DNA of 64,000 nucleotides, taken from contig URHQ01000001.1 in the NCBI GenBank assembly GCA_900547655.1, forward strand, positions 1,748-65,747. Reading direction: 5' to 3'. Both the position numbers and the translations under genes were made by a program. This document shows, in pieces, positions 52,977 to 62,502 of this stretch. Source of the DNA: an uncultured Collinsella sp. (GTDB taxonomy: Bacteria; Actinomycetota; Coriobacteriia; Coriobacteriales; Coriobacteriaceae). How positions within the stretch are numbered: the first letter of the stretch is position 1; every line of letters begins with the position of its first letter. The notes below the pieces were generated by a model that searched no databases, had not been told where the DNA came from, and saw nothing but the letters and a program-made list of their open reading frames with translations.

Positions 52977-53804
52977 TTAGATGAGGCCGAAATGCTGCAT
53001 CGCTGTGACGGTGCCGTCGTGTGCGACATCGTCGGTCACGTAGTCGGCGAGCGCCTTGACCTCGGGCATGGCGTTGCCCATGGCCACGGCCGTCTCGACC
53101 GCAGCGAGCATGCCCAGGTCGTTACCCGAATCGCCGAAGCCAAAGGTGCGCGCGTTGCCGGTGCGACCCAGGTATTCCAGCGCTCGCGCCACGCCTACGC
53201 CCTTGTCAATGCCCTTGGGGCTCAGCTCGCGATTCTGGCCACCGGTGTTGCACAGCTCAAACTCGCGATCGATAAAGCCGTCATCGTTGGCTACGCGAGC
53301 CAGGTAGCTCGCGACGATGCACACCTTGCCCACGCGCAGACTGCCGTCGACGCGCATCTCCTCGGCGCTGTGCACCACAGAAGTGCCGATCAGAGACGAC
53401 TGCTCAACACCCGCGGGTTCCAGGGCAAAAGTAGCCACGTTGGTCTCGAAAAAGGCCTCAATCCCTGCCGCTGCCATACGGCGCGCAAGCTCCTCGATAA
53501 CGTCCTCGTCAAAGCAGTCCTCATGCACCACGCGACCCTCGACCTCGAGCGTCGCTCCCGCCATGGCAACGACACCCGCAGGCTCCAAAGCACGCAGGCC
53601 ATCGGCAATCAGCCACAAGGGACGACCCGTGCAGATAAACGCCTTGTGCCCTGCGTCGCGCAGACGATGAAACGCCTCGATCACCGCCTGCGAGGGGCGA
53701 ACCGCCGAAAAGTCCTTGTCGGTCATGTTGTCGGGATCGAACGACGTCAGCGTGCCGTCCACGTCAAAAAAGAGCACGGCGGAATCGGGGCACGCATCAA
53801 TCAT
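52977..53804 (-). CDS. Cof-type HAD hydrolase
   Basis: FDVDGTL, CTGR, KG, FGDSGND, AMGNA. Confidence 0.92.
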   Translation of the reverse strand: MIDACPDSAVLFFDVDGTLTSFDPDNMTDKDFSAVRPSQAVIEAFHRLRDAGHKAFICTGRPLWLIADGLRALEPAGVVAMAGATLEVEGRVVHEDCFDEDVIEELARRMAAAGIEAFFETNVATFALEPAGVEQSSLIGTSVVHSAEEMRVDGSLRVGKVCIVASYLARVANDDGFIDREFELCNTGGQNRELSPKGIDKGVGVARALEYLGRTGNARTFGFGDSGNDLGMLAAVETAVAMGNAMPEVKALADYVTDDVAHDGTVTAMQHFGLI

Positions 53805-53879
53805 ATGGGTTCCTTTCGGGGGCGAGAGTAAACGAAGTATCCATCATATAATGGAGCGACGCAACCAGAGAGGTCACCC

Positions 53880-56447
53880 ATGGAATTTTACGCAAGCTGC
53901 CCCGAGGGCTTTGAGTCCGCACTCGCCGATGAGCTTAAACGCCTCGGGCTTTCGCATGTTCGCCGGCTGAAGGGCCGCGCTACATTTGAGGGCGAGCTCG
54001 AAGAAGGCTACCGCGCCTGTCTGTGGTCGCGCCTGGCGAGCCGTGTGTTCGTGGTACTCGGGCGCTTTGAGGCGCAGGATGCCGATGAACTGTACGATAG
54101 CGTTTACGACATCGCCTGGGAGACCATCATCCGCCCCGGCGCCACCATCGCCATCACCGCCCGCGGCGTGACCGAGCAGCTGCGCAACACGCGCTTCTCG
54201 GCCCTGCGCGCCAAAGACGCGCTGTGCGACCGTCTGGCCGAGACCACGGGCCGTCGCGCCGACGTCGATGCCGCCGACCCCGATGTTCACCTACTGCTTT
54301 CGCTGCGTCAGCGCCGCGCGAGCATCAGCCTGGACCTTTCGGGCGACCCGCTGTTCAAACGCCTGCCGCCCGCAGCGACTCGTGCCGGCGAGGGCGCACA
54401 CGTGTTGCGCCCCGACTACGCCGCCCTGGTGCTAGCGCAGGTCGGCTGGACCGCACTATGCGAGCGCGAGCTGACGGCCGACGATTACGAAAACGAAGCC
54501 CTTCCCACGCTGATCGATGCCTCGTGCGCCGGCGGCGGTCTGCTGCTGGAGGCCGTGAACATTCTGACCGACCGCGCCCCGGGCGCCGCACGCGAGCGCT
54601 GGGGCTTTGAGGGCTGGCAGCTGCACGACGCTGTCCTGTGGGAGCAGCTGCTTGCCGAGGCGCGCGAGCGCGAGGCGGCAGCGCGCGAGCGCCAGGCGCG
54701 CATCGTGGCCGTAGACATCGACCCCGCCGCCCGCAAGACTGCCGAGCGCATGGTCAAGTGCGCCGGCTACAAGCGTTTTGTCGACTTTTGTGCCGCCAAG
54801 CCCGCCACCGTGCTGGACCATGCGGGCGCCGTCGCCGGTGCCGCCCTGGTCGCGGACACGACCGAGACCCCGCTTTCGCTCATGCACGATGCCATGACGC
54901 TCATCAGCGAGCTGCGCCGCGCGCCCGAGCTCGCTTCGGCACCGGTCGCCGCGCTCACCCGCGACGGATTGCTGGCCCGCGCGCTCCACGCCGAGCCCGA
55001 GCGTTCGATTGCCATCATGCCCAACAACGAGGAGGCAACCGTCGAAGTCTGGCCTTCGCTCGACCACGCCGCCGCAGCGTTTGAGGCTGCGACCAGTGCG
55101 GATGCCGAGGCCGAGGTCGCGGATGCCAACGAAGCCAACGACGAAGCCGCCGCTTCCTCCATGCCCGAACCTGCCGCCACGCTCGACCTGGGTGACGGCA
55201 AGCCGCTGCCCGTGCTCATCCCCGAGTCCGAGCAGTTCGCCAACCGCCTGCGCAAGAACGCCCGTCTGCGTCGCAAGTGGGCAAAGCGCGAGGGCGTGAG
55301 CTGCTACCGTGTCTACGATGCCGACCTGCCCGATTACTCCGCCGCCATCGACCTGTACGAAGGCTGCCCGCTGACGCCGGGCCGCTGGCTCGTCATCGCC
55401 GAATACGCCGCGCCCAAGACCATCGACCCCGCACTGGCCCAGGCCCGTATGCTCGACATCTTGGCCATCGCGCCGCGCATCCTAGATGTTCCCGCCGGGC
55501 ATGTGCACGCCAAGGCCCGTATGCGTTCGCGCGGCGGCTCGCAGTACGGCAAGCAGGGCGCCGGCAAGGGCGGCCCGGGCGAGCGCGCCAATATCGCACG
55601 CCGTCGCCTGCCGCTCATCGAAGAGGGCGGCCTTACCTTTGCCGTCAACTTTGACGACTACCTGGACGTCGGCATCTTCCTGGATCACCGCGTCACCCGC
55701 AACCTGGTGCGCGAGCACGCCAAACAGGCACGCCGCTTCCTCAATCTGTTCGCCTACACCGGCACCGCCACCTGCTATGCGGCAGACGGCGGCGTCGAGG
55801 AGACCGTGACGGTCGACCTTTCCAACACCTACCTGGACTGGGCCGAGCGCAATATGCGCCAGAACGGCTTTGTTGGTCCGCAGCATCATTTTGTGCGCGA
55901 CGACGTGCTCGCCTGGATTCGCGACCAGCGCCAGACGCGCAACCGCTGGGACTTGATTTTTGTCGACCCGCCCACGTTCTCGAACTCGTCCAAGATGGGC
56001 CGCCGCACCTGGGATGTCCAGCGTGACCATGTTGAGCTTTTGGCCGGCGTATCGCGCCTGCTCGCGCAGGGTGGCCATGCCATCTTTAGCTGCAACTTGC
56101 GCGGCTTCCGCCCCGAGACACGCAAGCTCGCCCGCGCGGGCGTGGTGTTGGAGGACATTACGGCGCAGACCATCCCCGAGGATTTCGCGCGCAACCAGAA
56201 GGTGCACCACTGCTATATCGTGCGCCGCCTGCCCATTGAGGACGCCATGGCCGAGGTCGGCTTTAGCGCCGAGGAGATTGCCGAGCGTGTCGAGGAGCTG
56301 CGCAACCCCGAGGCCCGCAAGCCTCGCGCGGCAGTGCCCGCGCACGCGCAGGCAGACAACGGCAAGTCAAACTTTGCCGGCAAACCCTCCCCCGCCGGCA
56401 AGCTCAAAAAGAAGAAGTTCTACGCCAGCAAGCCCAAAGGCAAATAA
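53880..56447 (+). CDS. rlmL: bifunctional 23S rRNA methyltransferase RlmKL-like
   Basis: CLWSRLASRV, THUMP region, NRLRKN, YRVYDADLP, FLDHR, LNLFAYTG, DPPTF. Confidence 0.85.
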   Translation: MEFYASCPEGFESALADELKRLGLSHVRRLKGRATFEGELEEGYRACLWSRLASRVFVVLGRFEAQDADELYDSVYDIAWETIIRPGATIAITARGVTEQLRNTRFSALRAKDALCDRLAETTGRRADVDAADPDVHLLLSLRQRRASISLDLSGDPLFKRLPPAATRAGEGAHVLRPDYAALVLAQVGWTALCERELTADDYENEALPTLIDASCAGGGLLLEAVNILTDRAPGAARERWGFEGWQLHDAVLWEQLLAEAREREAAARERQARIVAVDIDPAARKTAERMVKCAGYKRFVDFCAAKPATVLDHAGAVAGAALVADTTETPLSLMHDAMTLISELRRAPELASAPVAALTRDGLLARALHAEPERSIAIMPNNEEATVEVWPSLDHAAAAFEAATSADAEAEVADANEANDEAAASSMPEPAATLDLGDGKPLPVLIPESEQFANRLRKNARLRRKWAKREGVSCYRVYDADLPDYSAAIDLYEGCPLTPGRWLVIAEYAAPKTIDPALAQARMLDILAIAPRILDVPAGHVHAKARMRSRGGSQYGKQGAGKGGPGERANIARRRLPLIEEGGLTFAVNFDDYLDVGIFLDHRVTRNLVREHAKQARRFLNLFAYTGTATCYAADGGVEETVTVDLSNTYLDWAERNMRQNGFVGPQHHFVRDDVLAWIRDQRQTRNRWDLIFVDPPTFSNSSKMGRRTWDVQRDHVELLAGVSRLLAQGGHAIFSCNLRGFRPETRKLARAGVVLEDITAQTIPEDFARNQKVHHCYIVRRLPIEDAMAEVGFSAEEIAERVEELRNPEARKPRAAVPAHAQADNGKSNFAGKPSPAGKLKKKKFYASKPKGK

Positions 56448-56450
56448 CAA

Positions 56451-56517
56451 AGTTGCGGTGGAATATGGACTGTTTGGCCGCCAAATAGGCCATTTCCGTC
56501 CGTATTTCACCGCAACT
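56451..56517. terminator. long hairpin between convergent genes
   Basis: agttgcggtggaatatggac...gtccgtatttcaccgcaact. Confidence 0.6.
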
Positions 56518-56541
56518 CATATTGGGATGGTGGTTGGCGAT

Positions 56542-57255
56542 CTAGCCTTGGGTGACCAGGCGGTAGCCGATGCCTACGTGGGTTTGGATATAGCGGGGAT
56601 GCGCGGGGTCGGACTCTATCTTCTTACGCAGCGTGCCCATAAAGACACGCAGGCTCGCCAGGTCGCTCTTGGTTGCCGTGCCCCAAATCTCGTGCAGGAT
56701 AAACTGGTGCGTCAGCACCTTGTCGGCGTTGTGCGCTAGCAGGCACAGGAGCTTGTACTCGATCGGCGTCAGATGCAGCTCCTCGCCATCCATCGTGGCG
56801 ATGCCGGCATCAAAATCGATATGCAGCTCACCGGCATCGAACGAGCCCTCAGAGGAAACACCGCCCGTTTGCGCATACGAAAGGCGTCTGAGCGTCGTGC
56901 GAATGCGCGCGAGCAGCTCCTCGACCGAAAACGGCTTGGTCAGGTAGTCGTCGGCGCCGGCATCGAGCGCACGAATCTTGTCCGCATCCTCGCTGCGCGC
57001 CGAGACCACGATGATCGGCATGCCCGACCATGCGCGCACCGACTCCACCACCTTGACGCCGTCCATATCGGGCAGGCCCAGATCGAGCAACACAATGCTC
57101 GGCGCTTGCGATGAGGCGGCAGCGATAGCGGCATGGGCGGTCTCCACGGCCATATGACGCAAGCCGTGCGCCTCGAGCGCGGCAACGATAAGATTGCGAA
57201 CGGCGGGGTCGTCCTCAACGACCAAGATGAGCGGTTTTACGGCAGAGTTCGGCAC
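56542..57255 (-). CDS. kdpE: KdpE-like OmpR family response regulator
   Basis: LLDLGLPD, ALDAGADDYLTKPF, LTPIEY, LRVFMGTLRKKIE. Confidence 0.88.
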   Translation of the reverse strand: MPNSAVKPLILVVEDDPAVRNLIVAALEAHGLRHMAVETAHAAIAAASSQAPSIVLLDLGLPDMDGVKVVESVRAWSGMPIIVVSARSEDADKIRALDAGADDYLTKPFSVEELLARIRTTLRRLSYAQTGGVSSEGSFDAGELHIDFDAGIATMDGEELHLTPIEYKLLCLLAHNADKVLTHQFILHEIWGTATKSDLASLRVFMGTLRKKIESDPAHPRYIQTHVGIGYRLVTQG

Positions 57256-57259
57256 AGCG

Positions 57260-58885
57260 CTACTCCTTATCAAACGAAACATCGGCGACGGGAAGCTCAA
57301 TCGTAAAGACCGAGCCGTGCGGGTCCGCCGCGGCAACCTCTATGCTACCGCCATGCGCCAGCGCAATGGAGCGGCAGAGCGAAAGACCCAGGCCCACGCT
57401 GCGGTGGCTGTCGGCAAGACCGTGGTTGGCGGTGTAGAACGACTCAAAGATTCGCTCGCGGTCCTCGGGCGCAATGCCCGGGCCGTCATCGGCCACCGAG
57501 CACGCCACGCGTCCATCGTCGACGCCAATCGAAATCACGATATGCGAGCCTGCGGGCGTATAGGTGATGGCGTTGTTCACCAGATTGACCACCAGCTGCA
57601 CCATCAGGCGCGCGTCGACGTTGACGAGCGCCGGCTCATCGCACGCCACCACCTTAAGGTCGTGCTCGCGCACGGCAGGGTTCACGTGGCGCAATGCCTC
57701 CTCGACGATATCGTCCATGAGCTCGAGCGTAGTCGACAGATGCATGCCGCCGCCCTCGAGCTTGGTGATGGCGAGCAGGTTCTCGACGGTGGCGTTGAGC
57801 CACAACGCGTCCGAGCGAATGGATAGAAGCAGGCCGCGGCGCGTCTGGGCATCGAGCACCGCGGTGCCGGTCGAGCCCTGATCGAGCAGCACGTCGGCAT
57901 TACCCGAAATACTGGTGAGCGGCGTGCGCAGATCGTGCGAGATGGAGCGCAGCAGGTTGGCGCGCAGCTGTTCGTTTTTGGCGAGCACCGCCGCTTCCTC
58001 GCGGGCCTCCATGGCGCGGGCGCGGTCGAGCGCCAGCTCGCCTTCGCTCACGATGGCATCGGCAAGTGTCCGCTCCTCATGCGTCAGCACGTTGGGCTCG
58101 GCAACGATAGCCAGCACGCCCACCACCGAGGCGGGGTCGCCCGAGCGCGCGAAGCCGTCGCCTGTGCGAACCGTCAGGTAGATGCCATAAAACGCCGAGC
58201 CACCATAGGTGGCATCGAGCGGCGTTCCCACATAGGCGGACGCCGAGAGCCGCGGCGGCATCTGCGGCGCCAGTTCATGCACCGGCGCGGCATCGCCCAC
58301 GGCCGTGTATGTCGCACGCGGCAGCAGGTCATCGCCCTCGGCGTCGGCGCTGTACCACACGGCCGGGCAGCCCGAAAGACGCGCCAGCTGCGTGGCCATG
58401 GCGTGAACGATCTGCTGCTCGTCGGCGCAGCGCTGCAGCATGCGGTTGGTCTCGAGCACCATATGCGTGCGACGGTCACTGGCGGCAGCCTGCGCCAAGG
58501 CCCGGCGCAGGGCCAACGCAATCGAGCTCGACACAAGCGAGACCACGAACATGATGAAGAACATGCCGGGATAGCCGCGGTCGATAAGCGACAGCGAGTA
58601 GCGCGGGTCGACAAACAAGAAGTTGTAGAGCGCCACGGCGGCAGCCGAGCTCAGCAAGCAATACAGGCGACTCCAGGTAAAGAATGCGCACAGCTGAACG
58701 GCGAACACATAGACGATCATGATGCTCGGCGCGAGACCCGGATGGTCGAGCAGCGCGCCCACAATCGTCGCCGCGACCAGCAGCCCCACCGATACGCAGG
58801 CGTCATACAGAGGAGTGCGGCGCGTCAGCGTTGTGCGCCGCCACCAAAAGCTATCGGCAATATCGCCGTCCGTACGGACGTCCAT
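57260..58885 (-). CDS. kdpD: KdpD-like sensor kinase lacking the N-terminal cytoplasmic domains
   Basis: Four-TM block (YNFLFVDPRYSL), GAF-like linker, ISHDLRTPL, GLGL. Confidence 0.82.
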   Translation of the reverse strand: MDVRTDGDIADSFWWRRTTLTRRTPLYDACVSVGLLVAATIVGALLDHPGLAPSIMIVYVFAVQLCAFFTWSRLYCLLSSAAAVALYNFLFVDPRYSLSLIDRGYPGMFFIMFVVSLVSSSIALALRRALAQAAASDRRTHMVLETNRMLQRCADEQQIVHAMATQLARLSGCPAVWYSADAEGDDLLPRATYTAVGDAAPVHELAPQMPPRLSASAYVGTPLDATYGGSAFYGIYLTVRTGDGFARSGDPASVVGVLAIVAEPNVLTHEERTLADAIVSEGELALDRARAMEAREEAAVLAKNEQLRANLLRSISHDLRTPLTSISGNADVLLDQGSTGTAVLDAQTRRGLLLSIRSDALWLNATVENLLAITKLEGGGMHLSTTLELMDDIVEEALRHVNPAVREHDLKVVACDEPALVNVDARLMVQLVVNLVNNAITYTPAGSHIVISIGVDDGRVACSVADDGPGIAPEDRERIFESFYTANHGLADSHRSVGLGLSLCRSIALAHGGSIEVAAADPHGSVFTIELPVADVSFDKE

Positions 58886-58913
58886 CAGCGCCCCGCCCCT
58901 CTCTCAAAAACAA

Positions 58914-58967
58914 AAACCACCACAAAGGGGACAGGCACCTTTGTGGTGGTTTCCCCTTGTGGTGGTT
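58914..58967. repeat. palindrome B variant with a duplicated arm
   Basis: aaaccaccacaaagg-ggacaggca-cctttgtggtggttt, then ccttgtggtggtt. Confidence 0.7.
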
Positions 58968-58998
58968 CCAAGTGTATAGCCTTTGCAACCGGCGGTCG

Positions 58999-59193
58999 CT
59001 AGACAAACAGCACGTGCGCGAGCAGGGCACACACGCACACCGCTCCAAATACCAGTGCCACGATCGAGATCACGCGGTCGGCCATGTCCATGTTGGCACG
59101 ATTCGTAAAGAACCGATCTTCGGCGGCGTCGACACGCGCCTCACGCACCATTTCGACCACCGCCTCACGGCCATCGAGCGCCTTTGTATCCAT
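58999..59193 (-). CDS. small tail-anchored membrane protein (64 aa)
   Basis: GGAGGT RBS before ATG; C-terminal hydrophobic helix. Confidence 0.65.
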   Translation of the reverse strand: MDTKALDGREAVVEMVREARVDAAEDRFFTNRANMDMADRVISIVALVFGAVCVCALLAHVLFV

Positions 59194-59253
59194 GTTTACC
59201 TCCCCGGCCTCATGCTTATCCATCAAAAACCAACTCCGTGTAGCCGCCGACGT

Positions 59254-61281
59254 CTACGGCCGCTCGTTGGGGGCCAGGCGCTGCATCTTGTTCACGGCCT
59301 TGAACTTGGTGAACAGCGGCACGTACTCAAAGCTCACGTTGGAGTTCTCCAGGCCGTACCAGCGTGCAGGCGTGCCGGCGGCGCGGCGAATGATGTACTT
59401 GAGCGTGATGGCCGTACGCTCGCTCGGCTCCACATCGCTTTCAGGCGCCAGAAGCTTACGAATCAGGACGAACTTGAACGTGCCGATGTTACCCGGATCC
59501 TTGTAGACCGAGTAGTCATGCGTCTGCGGCGGCAGCTCGCCGGTGGCAGCCAGGTCCTGAACAACCTGACGCAGGTAGGCATTGACGCGCTGGTTGATCT
59601 TGTAGCCCAGGTACAGATGCACGCGGAACACGTAGTCGGTGCCGAACGTCTCGACCGAATAGGCAAAGGTGTGCGGCTCGTCCATGGTCTCGACATTCAC
59701 AAACCACCAGGCGCGGGCGCGCTTGGGATGCTTGTCCAAGATCGAATAGACGATATCGCGGTCGATGTAGTCGGTATGGGTGTCCTTGGTCAGGTACACG
59801 ACGTTGTCGCTCATGCGCTCGTAACGGTCGTCGTCGCGCAGGCGCTTGAGCTGCGGCAGGTAGCTGCGCAGCGGCAGCAGCGTAAACTGGCGCTGCTCGA
59901 CCGCCGTGCCGTTGTACCAGCACACCATGATGCCCATGATGAGTGCAGCCATGAGGATGGTGAAGTAGCCGCCGTGGAAGAACTTGGTGAGCGAGCTCAC
60001 GAAGAAGAAGCCTTCGAGCAAAAGGAAGAAGGCCGCGAAGATCCACGGAGCAACCTTGAGCTTGCGCTCCTCGTGCAGGTAGAAGAAGAGCAGCAGCGTG
60101 GTGCACATCATAGTCAGCGTAATGGCCAGGCCGTAGGCGGCTTCCATATGCGCCGAGTTCTGGAACAGCAGCACCACGATGACGCAGCCCACAAGCATGA
60201 CGTTGTTGACCATGGGGATGTAGAGCTGGCCCTTGGTCTCGGCAGGATAGAAGACCTGCATGTGCGGCATGAGGTCCAGACGGCTGGCCTCGGACACCAG
60301 CGAGAATGCGCCGGTGATGAGCGCCTGCGAGGCAATGATGGCCGCAACGGTGGAAAGGCCGACGGCAAACGGGCGCAGGCCCGGGGCGAGCATCTGGTAG
60401 AACGGGTTGAGATCGGCAATGCCCATGAGCTCGGGGTTGGCAGCGTTGTTCATAAGCCAAGCGCCCTGGCCCATATAGGAAAGCAGCAGGCAGCACTTAA
60501 CGAACGGCCAGGTAGCGTAGATGTTGCCGCGGCCGACGTGGCCCATGTCGGAGTAGAGCGCCTCGGCACCGGTGGTGGCGAGGAAGCAGCTGCCCAGAAT
60601 CATGATGCCCGCGTGGTTGTTGGGGCTCAGCAAAAAGGCGATGCCGCGCACCGGGTTGAGGCACAGCAGCACGGCGGGGTGCTGGAAGACAAAGAACAGA
60701 CCCGTGCCGCCCAGGAACAGGAACCACAGCGTCATGATGGGGCCAAAGGCGTGACCGATCTTGGCCGTACCGATGCGCTGTACCAAGAAAAGCACGATGA
60801 TGATGGCGAGCGTAATGGCGACGACGCGGCCCTGGTCATCGCCCAGCACGGCATGGACCGCCGGGATGGTGCGCAGGCCCTCGATGGCCGTGGTAACGGT
60901 AACGGCAGGCGTCAGGATGCCGTCAGCGAGCAGCGCGGCGCCACCCAACATGGCGGGGATGATAAGCCACTTGCCGCAGCGCTTGACCAGGCTGTACAGG
61001 GCAAAGATGCCGCCCTCACCATGGTTATCGGCGCGCAGCGAGATGAGCACATACTTGATGGTGGTCAGCAACGTGACCGTCCACACGACAAGGGAGAGCG
61101 CGCCGAGCACGAACTCCTCCGTGACGCTTCCGATGCCGCCGTTGCCGGCAACGAGCGCCTTGGTTACATACATGGGGCTGGTGCCGATATCGCCGTACAC
61201 CACGCCCAGCGTGACGAGCATCGCCGAGATGCTCACAGGAATCGCAGCGTGCGAGGCTGCCTCCTTGGCCTTTTGTTCCAT
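59254..61281 (-). CDS. kup: KUP/HAK/KT potassium transporter
   Basis: GVVYGDIGTSPMY, GEGGIFALY, TGAEALYSDMGH, AYG. Confidence 0.96.
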   Translation of the reverse strand: MEQKAKEAASHAAIPVSISAMLVTLGVVYGDIGTSPMYVTKALVAGNGGIGSVTEEFVLGALSLVVWTVTLLTTIKYVLISLRADNHGEGGIFALYSLVKRCGKWLIIPAMLGGAALLADGILTPAVTVTTAIEGLRTIPAVHAVLGDDQGRVVAITLAIIIVLFLVQRIGTAKIGHAFGPIMTLWFLFLGGTGLFFVFQHPAVLLCLNPVRGIAFLLSPNNHAGIMILGSCFLATTGAEALYSDMGHVGRGNIYATWPFVKCCLLLSYMGQGAWLMNNAANPELMGIADLNPFYQMLAPGLRPFAVGLSTVAAIIASQALITGAFSLVSEASRLDLMPHMQVFYPAETKGQLYIPMVNNVMLVGCVIVVLLFQNSAHMEAAYGLAITLTMMCTTLLLFFYLHEERKLKVAPWIFAAFFLLLEGFFFVSSLTKFFHGGYFTILMAALIMGIMVCWYNGTAVEQRQFTLLPLRSYLPQLKRLRDDDRYERMSDNVVYLTKDTHTDYIDRDIVYSILDKHPKRARAWWFVNVETMDEPHTFAYSVETFGTDYVFRVHLYLGYKINQRVNAYLRQVVQDLAATGELPPQTHDYSVYKDPGNIGTFKFVLIRKLLAPESDVEPSERTAITLKYIIRRAAGTPARWYGLENSNVSFEYVPLFTKFKAVNKMQRLAPNERP

Positions 61282-61404
61282 AAGCCGGTTTCCTCCCAAC
61301 TTTAATGTTCGAAGGGATTATAGGTAATCGGCCCATGTTTGAATGGCGCTGTTTTCCCAGCTAAATAAACATTTATACGGCCTTTAGGCCACCGCGGCGA
61401 TATG

Positions 61405-61439
61405 GAATGTGACAAAGGGACTGCCCCTTTGTCACATTC
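61405..61439. repeat. REP-like palindrome B
   Basis: gaatgtgacaaagggactgcccctttgtcacattc. Confidence 0.85.
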
Positions 61440-61440
61440 G

Positions 61441-62289
61441 TCATTTTCCAAGCCAGTTTTTGAACCACCACTCCATGGATCGGCTCATCTCGGCCATAAA
61501 GGGACTCGTGTGCTTGCGGGTATAGATGTCCACGACGCGCTCCCCCACCTCGCGGGCATGCGGACGGAACATTGCGTCCATCTCGGCCACCTGCGCGTCC
61601 ATGGTCGCGGCATCCGCGCGGCAGTAGCGCTCCTCGTGCACCAGGTTCACCACGGGATGCGCAATGGCCGGACGCTCCTTACGGGGCGTGCCGATGATGA
61701 GCATCGACAGCGGCATGGTATAGGGCGGCAGATCGAGCAGCTCGGCGACTTCCTCGGCGTTCTCCACGATGTCGCCAATGTAGCAGCTTCCCAGCCCCAG
61801 GGCCTCGGCGGCAACCACGGCGTTTTGCGCGGCGATCACGGCGTCCTGGGCCGCGATGGCAAAGTCGCCCAAACCCGGCGCACGGCGGGGCGCCTTGCCC
61901 GTGCGCTCGACGAACTCGGGCTCAAAGCAGCCCACGTGCTCAAACAGATCGATCCACTTGGCATAATCGACCACAAATATGAGTGCCCAGGGCGCCTTGG
62001 CGATCATGGGCTGGTGGTCGCACAGGTCGGCCAGACGATCCAGCGTAGCCTGCTCGCGAATGCTCACGATGGAATACATCATCATGGCGCCCGCCGACGG
62101 CGCGCGACTCGCCGCATGCAAAATTGCCGCCCGCTGCTCGTCGGTCACCGCCACGGGACGGTCGTCGTCATCACGCGCGAAGGCACGCGTGGAGGAACGG
62201 TGCTCCAACGTGTCCAGCACCGCATTGCCCGTGGTCTCGACCGGATAGCCACACGTATCCACAGCCTTGGTGCAAACCTGCTCGTTCAT
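61441..62289 (-). CDS. nitroreductase family protein (NfsA-like)
   Basis: HRSSTRAF, APSA, AQNAVVAAEALGLGSCYIG. Confidence 0.9.
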   Translation of the reverse strand: MNEQVCTKAVDTCGYPVETTGNAVLDTLEHRSSTRAFARDDDDRPVAVTDEQRAAILHAASRAPSAGAMMMYSIVSIREQATLDRLADLCDHQPMIAKAPWALIFVVDYAKWIDLFEHVGCFEPEFVERTGKAPRRAPGLGDFAIAAQDAVIAAQNAVVAAEALGLGSCYIGDIVENAEEVAELLDLPPYTMPLSMLIIGTPRKERPAIAHPVVNLVHEERYCRADAATMDAQVAEMDAMFRPHAREVGERVVDIYTRKHTSPFMAEMSRSMEWWFKNWLGK

Positions 62290-62502
62290 CGCCTCATCCT
62301 CGCTAATTCTTTAAGAAGCCTTTACGTTTCCGTGTAATTCCCGTCCATTATCGCGCAGGTCGCCACTACATTGCGTCACACCGCCACACGTGCGCGTTAA
62401 TATGGCTGGTTGTTGTGCGCAGACACCAATTGCAGCGCATATCTTGGTAACAATCGGGTAAACCCCCGCTTTCGTACGTTTTAGTTTGTGAGGAGTCTCA
62501 GC

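Noticed and set aside
58831..61305. 824-aa plus-strand ORF and similar long antisense ORFs over atp, PTS and ABC genes
   Set aside because: They mirror well-supported genes on the other strand, which is typical of GC-rich DNA.
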